From Octopus sinensis (taxonomy: Eukaryota), in contig NC_043006.1 of NCBI RefSeq assembly GCF_006345805.1, positions 64,666,001 through 64,730,000 of the forward strand: a stretch of DNA of 64,000 bases, written 5' to 3'. Under the pieces are notes generated by a model. The model saw only the letters and a program-made list of their open reading frames with translations. It ran no database searches and had not been told where the DNA came from. A program made the translations under genes and the position numbers. Shown piece after piece: positions 55,451 through 64,000 of the stretch; the stretch's first letter is position 1; the number at the start of each line of letters is the position of its first letter.

Positions 55451-57248
55451 ATTGTGTGTGGTTAGGATTGCTGAGGCTTTGCAACCATGGGATTTCGGGT
55501 GGCACCTTCGGCAAGTGTCTTCTGCTATAGCCCTGTGAGTATATTTGATAGATGTAGACTATATGAAAGCACGTCGTACGCGTATGCGCGCATAGGCGCA
55601 GGCGTGGCAGTGCAACAAGACGTTTGCTTCCCAACCATATGGTTCCGGGTTCAAACCCACTGCGTGGATCCTTGAGAAAATGTATGTTATAGCCTCGGGC
55701 CGATCAAGGCCTTGTTGAGTGGATTTGGCAGACAGAAGCAGAAAGCCAGTCGTGTGTGTATGTGTGTCTGTGTGTTTATCATCGCTTGACAACTGGTGCT
55801 TGTATATTTACATCCCCCGTAATCTAGCGGTTCGACAAAAATGATCCAATAGAATAAGTACCAGGTTAAAAAAAAAAGTACCAGGTGAGTATATTCATGC
55901 AACAAAAATTCATTAAGGCGGTGTCCCAGCACGGCTGCATTTTAATGACTAAAAGAAGTAAAAGGTGACGAGAGATTTGCCTGCTATTTCTAGCAAGTTG
56001 AGTGCCTACGTACTGTTCATTGTGTCAGCGTGCGCGCATCCGTTAACGTTTGGTTTTCAGATAAATTCGTTCGCTTTCTCCATTTTTAAAAATTATAATC
56101 CTTTCCAATGTTATTTGATTTTTTTTTCGTTTTTACAAGATTCTTTATGTGAATTCGTGTGTTGAAGCGTATTTTATTTGGTCTGGGGAAAGTCATTCTC
56201 TTTTGACTATTGAAAAGGTTGCAAGACGCAACGAAAATTTTAGAAAAAGAATAAGTATGTAAATGAGTTGAAATCGAACCGGTGAGTGTGTTAAATAATA
56301 AGGCCCTTCAGACACAATAAAATGTTATTTGAATTAACAAGAAAAATATACTTTTCATAATAGTATTTTTGTGTTGTAGCTCTGTTTTTCCTCCACAACT
56401 TTTATTTACCTTTTTTGAAATCCCAATAAATTTTACCTCTTTTTCAGACCTATAACAATGAAGGCTTAAATACAAAAGAAAAACAAAGAAAAAAAGCGAA
56501 CGAATTCATCTAACGTTCATTTTTCAAGTTAAAAGAAAGAAAAAAAAAATCAATGAAAGGGTTGTTCCCCCTTGGTAAACACTATTTCTCTTTGTTCTGT
56601 GTGTAACCAAGGAAACCTGACGCTGCCTCTGTCACTAAACACTAACAACACACAATCACCTCTAATTCAACAACTATCATCAGAGTACAATCATTAACTT
56701 CTCCACTCGCTTGTTTTCCTGTCATTTCTCTCTTTCACCCCTCTCTGTCTATTATTACACTATTATTAATTACTATCATTATTTCCACATTAACGAGGTC
56801 TTGTAGCCGACACAAGGCCACAGCATGGAGGGAAAAGAGAGAGGAATGTTACAGTAAGTGTGAAACAGAGAGAAAGACGATGAATGAGAGGGGTGAACGC
56901 TGTATGTGATATCTAAATTCTTTTACAAGAATAGTGTTGACAGTGAGTTCGAAGTCTTCTAAAAAAATGTACTCTATGAAAACGTCTTGAGTAATCTTTC
57001 AGTTTAATATAAAGTTGTTTTTATTACGAGAGAGAGAGAGAGAGAGAGAAATGGATGCTACCATGTTATTCTCTTCGGTATATATATATATATAATATAT
57101 ATACCGAAGAGAATATATATATACCGGAGTAAACACATAAATGTGAAACAAGGTGGAAAAAAAGAGTACTCAAATACCAGTGGTAGAGTAAAAGCAGCAG
57201 AAAATTCAACAAAACTGGTTACTCTGAGTTTCTGCTGCTTTAAATAAA

Positions 57249-57296
<48 letters not shown>

Positions 57297-57645
57297 TATT
57301 ACACACACACACATATATATAATTTGTGTGTTTACATCCAGCCATAAAATGTCATGGTAACATATTTTAACTCATGCAAGCAATGGAAACAGACCTCACC
57401 TCTAAATCGTATACACATGTTTTACGTATACGTACTTGCGTGTGCACACACATAATAATTAATCAAAATAGGAGAAGTGAGAGAGGAAGTGTTAATTCTT
57501 TTATTTTGGTTAATTGTTGTATACTCTTCACCATTGTGATTCCTGGATTTTCAGAACGACAGTGACGTTAATCCGGCATCCTAGACTCGGCCACTTTCTT
57601 GAAAGCCGTACACCCTTATAGCGAGCTGTTTGAATATTTGAATCC

Positions 57646-57696
<51 letters not shown>

Positions 57697-58152
57697 CGCG
57701 CGCGCAAGAGTAGTTCTGTGGTAAAAGGCTTGCTTCTGAACCACATGGTTCCAGGTTCAGTCCCACTGAGCAGCACCTTGGGCAAGTGTCTTCTGCTGTA
57801 GACTTGGGCCTACCAAAGCCTTGTGAGTGGATTTGGTAGACGGAAACTGAAAGAAACTCGTCGAATATATTATGTGCGTGTTTGTTCCCTCCACCATTGC
57901 TTGACAACCGATGTTGGTGTGTTTACGTCCCCGTAACATAGTAGTTCAATATAAGAGACCAATAGAATAAGTACTAGGCTTACAAAGAATAAGGTGTGGG
58001 GGGGTCTTTTTTCGACTAAAGGCAGTGCTACATGTCCGCAGAAACAAGTAAAAGAATACATACACTCACACAAAACATATACACACAGTTTTAGTAGAAA
58101 GTATTTTATCGATCATGGCGCATTAACGTGAATCATCTGTATATATATATAT

Positions 58153-58252
58153 AAACAATTGCAGCGTGGAAGGTGTTTATAAGCCATTTAAGAAACACAC
58201 AAAAACCGTTAGATTAAATGGCTTATAAACACCTTCCACGCTGCAATTGTTT
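58153..58252. repeat. Perfect 38-bp inverted repeat with 24-nt spacer
   Basis: aaacaattgcagcgtggaaggtgtttataagccattta at 58153-58190 and its exact reverse complement at 58215-58252. The same sequence family occurs at about 20250 and 20580. Confidence 0.95.
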
Positions 58253-59943
58253 TCGTTCCAGCACACGATCTCAGATCAAGCCACTCGCTATGCAAGTACA
58301 TCTCCGTAATATATATATATGTCTGCCCTTGTATTCTTGAACTGTAATCCAAACACCCACAACAACCATATCTATTATCATTTGAGATTACACAGGGAAA
58401 GGCGGCGAGCTGGCAGAATCGTTCACATGCTGGGCGAAATGCTTAGCAGTATTTTGTCTGTCTCTACATTCTGAGACAAATTCTGCTGAGGTCGAATTTG
58501 CCTTTCCTTTCAGCGGTCGATAAATTAAGTTCCAGTTACGTACTGGGGATTGATCTATTTGACTGGCCCCCTACCCCAAAATGTTGGGCCTTGTGCCTAG
58601 AGTGAAGGATATCATACAGGGAAAGTCTGAATAACATTTTGACACACAGGAGGCAAATCTCCCTCAAACCACACTCTAATGTCTGTAAAGAGAGGAGGTG
58701 TTGAAACTGCAGAAATGTCAATCTGTATTTGTCTTCCTTCCTCTCTCCAGAATAGTGGAACAGAGATAAAGAGAAACACTCATGAAGAGAGATACAGAGA
58801 GGAAAGCAACAGTGGTGCCAGTAACATTTGTTTAATGCTAAGCTTGTTTTCTCTTCTTTAGTCTTCCATTTATCTCTCACACAGATTTCTCAGTACGACA
58901 TCTTTGGCTCCAATACAAAAGCAACGTGATTGGTTTCTACTCTAGGCACAAGACCTGAAATTTTTGGGTAAGAGGAGAGTCAATTAGGTTGACCCCAGTA
59001 CGCAACTGGTACTTAATTTATTGACCCCAAAAGGATGAAAGGCAAAGTTGACCTCGGCAGAATTTGAACAAAAGCAACGTGATTACACATGCTTTATACC
59101 AAAACTTTTGCAGAGGTGGGGTAGTCCAAACCTACGGTATTTTCTCTTAAACCCGAAACTGGCTAAATACCATATGTAACAATTTTTTAATAATGATTGC
59201 ATCTTAGAGATGATGTGGTCATTTATTAAGTAGAGAAATGTTTTTTTGTAGAACAGCAATGAACAATAACTTCAAGCTTTAAGAGTTTATGGTTGAACTG
59301 AAAGGCATTCTCCAAAACCCAGCTCTTCTCATTGCAGAAATGGTCCCCCCATTGTAAAATTATGTGTACATCACAATGGATGAGTCTTCAGTGCCATTTT
59401 AATGTGCAGTCTACCTGTCCATTTTTACTCATTAGCATATAGCCATCTACCTGGCCATTTACACTTTAATACAGACTTCATAAATTTATAAAATATTGGA
59501 TTTGTTACATGAGAGATGTAAATTTTGAGGTAATGTATCATCATTCATAAATCATGGTGTATAATATTAATGAATTAATTTTATTATTACTAAATATTCA
59601 ATAAATAATTAGAGATGAATCATTGGTGTAACCATGATGTTCTGGTGATCTGATGAGCTGGCTTTCTTTCTTTGCATTGATTTGTGACTATACAATTGTA
59701 TTGTTTAACGCATAGCAGGCATATCGGTGGTGCAGACATGGAGATAATTATTACATGAAGAACATCATCTTAAGGATGTCATGTGGTTAAACAAATATAT
59801 TTATCTCTTGTACCTCCTGAACTTTTTATGGTTTATAGATAATTTATCTTCACACACACACATGGGTTTATCTTCACACGCACACACACATAGGTTTATC
59901 TTCACACACACATGCATGCATAGGTTTATCTTCACATACACTC

Positions 59944-59975
<32 letters not shown>

Positions 59976-60218
59976 ATCTTCACACACACAGATGCATTTC
60001 CAGTCATTAACACTTACCTGTTTCCAAGCAAGGTAACATTCCCCCATGACCTGACATGTTCTTGCAGAATATTGGTGATGAATGATTCAGCTTGCATGAT
60101 AATGACACTCATAACTATCACATGATGTCAAGACAAGGTAACAAACAAACACTCACTCACACATATCTATTTGAGTGAATACACACACACACACACTAAT
60201 GGTAGAAATACTATCATC

Positions 60219-60460
60219 ATCATCATCATTATTTAACGTCTGCTTTCCATGCTAGCATGGGTTGGACGATTTGACTGAGGTCTGGCAAACCAGATGGCTG
60301 CACCAGGCTCCAATCTGATCTGGCAGAGTTTCTACAGCTGGATGCCCTTCCTAATGCCAACCACTCCAAGAGTGTAGTGGATGCTTTTACATGCCACCAG
60401 CACGAAGGCCAGTCAGGCGGTACTGGCAACAGCCACGCTCAAATGGTGCTTTTTATGTGC
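60219..60460 (-). mobile_element. RTE-tailed short repeat family D
   Basis: GGAAGGGCATCCAGCTGTAGAAAC core and ...CCAACCCATGCTAGCATGGAAAGCAGACGTTAAAT(GAT)n 3' end. Copies at about 52625-52870, 53150-53350, 62880-63230 and 63390-63620. Confidence 0.75.
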
Positions 60461-60924
60461 CACCCCTAAGTGTGAATATAATGGGTCCTTCCCTTCTGAA
60501 TGAAAGAGATTCTTCTAACTGTTACTGGAAAAAGTAACCACAATGATAAAATTAGTGAAAATGAGAATAATTGCAGTAATAAATCCATACTGTTTATAAT
60601 GACTGGTCATGAAATAGATACAGCAAAAAGATAAAATCCAAATTTTGTCCCAGCAGTTTCAAGTAAGTGTTCTTCCACTAAACTGCTACTGTAGAACAGC
60701 TACTAATTGTGTCATGAACAGTAATTGTTCGGCATTAAAAACTTCAAAGGAAGATTCACTGCACATAAAAATTCCATTGAAAACAAAAAACAAGGTTGTT
60801 AACATTGAATGAAATGCTATATAAGTTCAAATGGCTTTTAAGTACAGGTACTACACAACCTTCTCAGAGAAATAGGAGGCCATGTAGATTATAGAAGCCT
60901 TCTAGATATTACAAACATATAAGC

Positions 60925-61195
60925 CTGTTCTATATTTTAGAGGAATTCTGTACATTATTTACATTGGACGCATATGGGTCCTCAGCTTGTTTGTTGTTAC
61001 CACAACGCTTCGGCTGATTTACTCTCCAGCCTTCTTCAGGTGTCCTGGTAGAATTTTGAACCAAACCCTGGGTTCACATTTCTAAGGTATTTTTGCTGAT
61101 GTTATTATTATTATTTATTCAAGGCACTGCCTAGAATTGAACTCACAATCTTGGGGGTTAGTAGCTCACGCTCTTAACCATTACACTATATTCCC
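60925..61195 (-). mobile_element. tRNA-headed, hammerhead-containing short repeat (SINE-like or Penelope pLTR)
   Basis: A-box-like TAGTGTAATGG (61188-61178), B-box GTTCAATTC (61142-61134), (AAT)n spacer, hammerhead, and tail aatgtaaataatgtaca...aaatatagaac shared with 6421-6553. Confidence 0.65.
60999..61044 (-). ncRNA. Minimal type I hammerhead motif, same family as 6421-6466
   Basis: Minus strand GACAC-CTGAAGA-A-GGCTG-gagagtaaat-CAGCC-GAAG-CGTT-GTGGT. Perfect 5-bp stem II; GAAA is altered to GAAG. Confidence 0.55.
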
Positions 61196-61567
61196 AATTA
61201 TAGAGTGAATTTTAGGGCTTATAAACCTAATATTCTTATATCCTTCCTTAATACTGGTTCCCATATTGTACTCATATCTGCACAAGGTCTGCTTAGGAGG
61301 TTATTGTGTCCTAGCATATGTGCTGCTTCTTTTAGTTTTTCGTATTTTCCAGTGGTGCTCTCTGTTCTCTGTAGCACATACGCAAGGACACAATAACCTC
61401 CTAAGCAGACCTAGTGCAGATATGAGTAGAATATGGGAACAAGTATTAAGGAAGGATATAAGAATATTAGGTTTATAAGCCCTAAAATTCACACTATAAT
61501 TGCCCATGGGAATATAGTGTAATGGTCAAGAGCACGAGCTACTAACCCCAAGATTGCGAGTTCAGTT
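61135..61567. repeat. About 190-bp-arm inverted repeat with 48-nt loop
   Basis: 61135-61324 matches the reverse complement of 61373-61567 with scattered substitutions and one 6-nt indel. Confidence 0.95.
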
Positions 61568-61949
61568 TTTGTGTTGGTATGGTTTCTATGGCTGGATGCC
61601 CTTCCTAACACCAACCACTTTACAGAGGGTGTAGGGTGCTTTTTATGTGGCACTGGCACCAATGAGGTCAAAGTATCTCACAAGACAACTTTGCTCAAAT
61701 GTGTGGAGGCGTAGTATTGAGGTGGGTGGCTTTATGGCAAGTGATGATAGAGGAACATGAACAGATGTCATGCTGTAAGAAAGATACATGGTTACCTTAG
61801 TAACCAGGTATATGTAGGGTTATATGGCTACATGCAAAGTTTGACACAATATATATATAGTTAATCCAAACATGAAAACACAAAGAGAAAACACAACGCG
61901 AGGACGTGGAACAAATATAGTATTATTGGACGCTCAGGAATGAAGGAGG

Positions 61950-61984
61950 GTTTAACGTTTTGAGCAGAGCTCTTCATCAGAAAC
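61950..61984 (-). ncRNA. Minimal type I hammerhead motif, second family, core G mutated
   Basis: Minus strand GTTT-CTGATGA-A-GAGC-TCT-GCTC-AAAA-CGTT-AAAC. Stem I GTTT/AAAC, stem II GAGC/GCTC, AACGTT palindrome retained, G12 replaced by A. Confidence 0.55.
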
Positions 61985-64000
61985 ATAGGAAAAGAGGAAA
62001 AGGAAAGATCAAGGGTAGACGGAGGAAAAGAAAATCGCCAACGGTACATATATATACACGGCGCAGGAGTGGTTGTGTGGTAAGTAGCTTGCTTACCAAC
62101 CACATGGTTCCGGGTTCATTTCCACTGCATGGCACCTTGGACAAGTGTCTTCTACTATAGCCTTGTTTCAGTCATTTGACTGTGGCCATGCTGGAGCACC
62201 GCCTTTGGTCGAGCAAATCAACCCCAGGACTTATTCTTTATAAGCCTATTACTTATTCTATCGGTCTCTTTTGCCGAACCGCTAAGTTACGGAGACGTAA
62301 ACACACCAGCATCGGTTGTCAAGCGATGTTGGGGGGACAAACACAGACACAGAAACATACACACACACACACACATATATATGACAGGCTTCTTTCAGTT
62401 TCCGTCTACCAAATCCACTAACAAGGCTTTGGTTGGCCCAAGGCTATAGTAGACGACACTTGCCCAAGGTGCCACGCAGTGGGACTGAACCCGGAACCAT
62501 GTGGTTCATAAGCAAGCTACTTACCACACAGCCACTCCTACAACTAATGTTTTTCCCTTTACTATACAATAAAGAACAATTCTCTATACTTTGACTCATC
62601 ATGTCACAGTTAAATTTGTTTGACACCAAGGCACATTACCAAGTCCATTATATAACTTATAAAAGTTATTTATATTTGTTATTCAATCTCTGATGATTTA
62701 ATGATGTGGTATTTCATCATATAACAAATATTGTGGTTAATGAAATATGTGTAAGACATAATGAATAATGTAAAAATTTATCTCCATATTTGTTTTACAT
62801 TTGTACTTGCCTATATCATGAGCAATAAACCACACACAAACGTGTGTAAGTGTATGTATGTGTGTATACATATGTATGTATATCATCATCATTTAACATC
62901 CATTACCCATGCTGGCATGGGTTGGATGGTTTGACTGGGCTGGCATGCTGGAAGGCTGCACCAGACTCCAGTCAGATTTGGCATGGTTTTCTACGGCTGG
63001 ATGCCTTTCCTAATGCCAACCACTCTGAGAATGTAATGGGTGCAATTTGCATGACATGGGGGTGCGTTTATATGCTAATTTGCATGACACAGGTAGCTGC
63101 CACAACTGCGATTTTGCTCAGCTTGATAGGTGGTGTTCTCAAGCATGACATAATGCCAAAGGTCTTGGTCATTGCCTCCATGATGCCCAACACTCGAAAG
63201 GAACTCAGCCATGAAGCATGGCTGTGATAAGAAGTTTGGTTCCTAACTACATGATTTTAGGTTCAGTCCCACTGCATGGCACTTTAGCTAAGTGCCAAAA
63301 CCATGTGAGTGGATTTGGTTGACGGAAACTGTGCATTAGCATGTTGTATATATACATGTGGAAGTGCATATTTGTGTGTGTGTGTGTGTGTGTGTATGTT
63401 ACTGTTTCCCTGACTTGACATCACATGATAGTTGTAATCGAGTGTCACCATCATGCAAATGGTGTCCTTTTCCAATCAGGTGATAACAGATCTGCCCATG
63501 AGGAAATTTTACCTTATTAGGAAGCAGGCAAGGGTTGGTGACAGGAAGGGCATCCAACTGGAAAATTTGCCTTATCACATTCTGTCTGACCATGCAAGCA
63601 TGGAAAAGTGGATGACAATGATATCCAGTGTATCCATTTTTCTAGGTCAGTAATGAGGGGTAATTCGAGAGAGGTTTGGCCGATATTTCTAACAAGTCAA
63701 CCAACCTCTTTAAAAACATTAGATGCTGTTTAACTCCTGGTTGAGCAGGTCTATGATTAAATGCATTCCAACAGTGACAATCCAGTTTCTTTTTGTGTGT
63801 ATTATGAGATATAAAAAAAAAGCAGGACACTGAATAATTTAAAGGTAGAATGAAATCTGAGGAAGATTTGGTTGCTGTATACAGTCGGTTGTAATGTCAC
63901 ATATGGAGGTTCTTTCATTGGTTTGTTTGTGTATTTCTGGTTGCAGTTTAGCCTTTGGTCAACCATAGCTGTCTTAGCAACATTATAGGTCCCCAAGCAA

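Noticed and set aside
60500-60870. Possible GIY-YIG remnant (NFKGRFTAHKNSIENK) on the plus strand
   Set aside because: Only one short motif amid many stops; too decayed to support.
63802-63996. 64-aa minus-strand ORF at the window edge
   Set aside because: No start or splice context inside the window and no recognisable family.

Overview
Eukaryotic, AT-rich, microsatellite-dense window. The SINE families look like those of Octopus (inference from recalled repeat sequences, not a database hit). A 100-N scaffold gap lies at 17050-17149. One protein-coding gene can be reconstructed by hand: a minus-strand CYSTM1-like gene (coding exons 50333-50011 and 45347-45245; 141 aa; Pro/Tyr/Gln-rich N-terminus plus Cys-rich membrane tail). 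Almost all other listed ORFs are microsatellite artefacts or transposon relics: several tRNA-derived SINE families, Tc1/mariner/maT and hAT-type remnants and MITEs, RTE and Tx1/L1 LINE fragments, and a decayed Penelope-like element (RT + GIY-YIG, about 37.1-39.2 kb). Most interesting: (1) at least four hammerhead-ribozyme motifs, one near-canonical, and repeated fold-back inverted repeats in Penelope-type end fragments, including one element with a tRNA-like Pol III promoter directly upstream of a minimal hammerhead (60.9-61.6 kb); (2) sharp CpG-decay domains readable from SINE copies, which appear to map methylated gene bodies and an unmethylated promoter zone; (3) a 34-bp minisatellite born from a SINE interior; (4) candidate promoter and CTCF sites with no annotated gene. 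Repeat boundaries are approximate and were read by eye.
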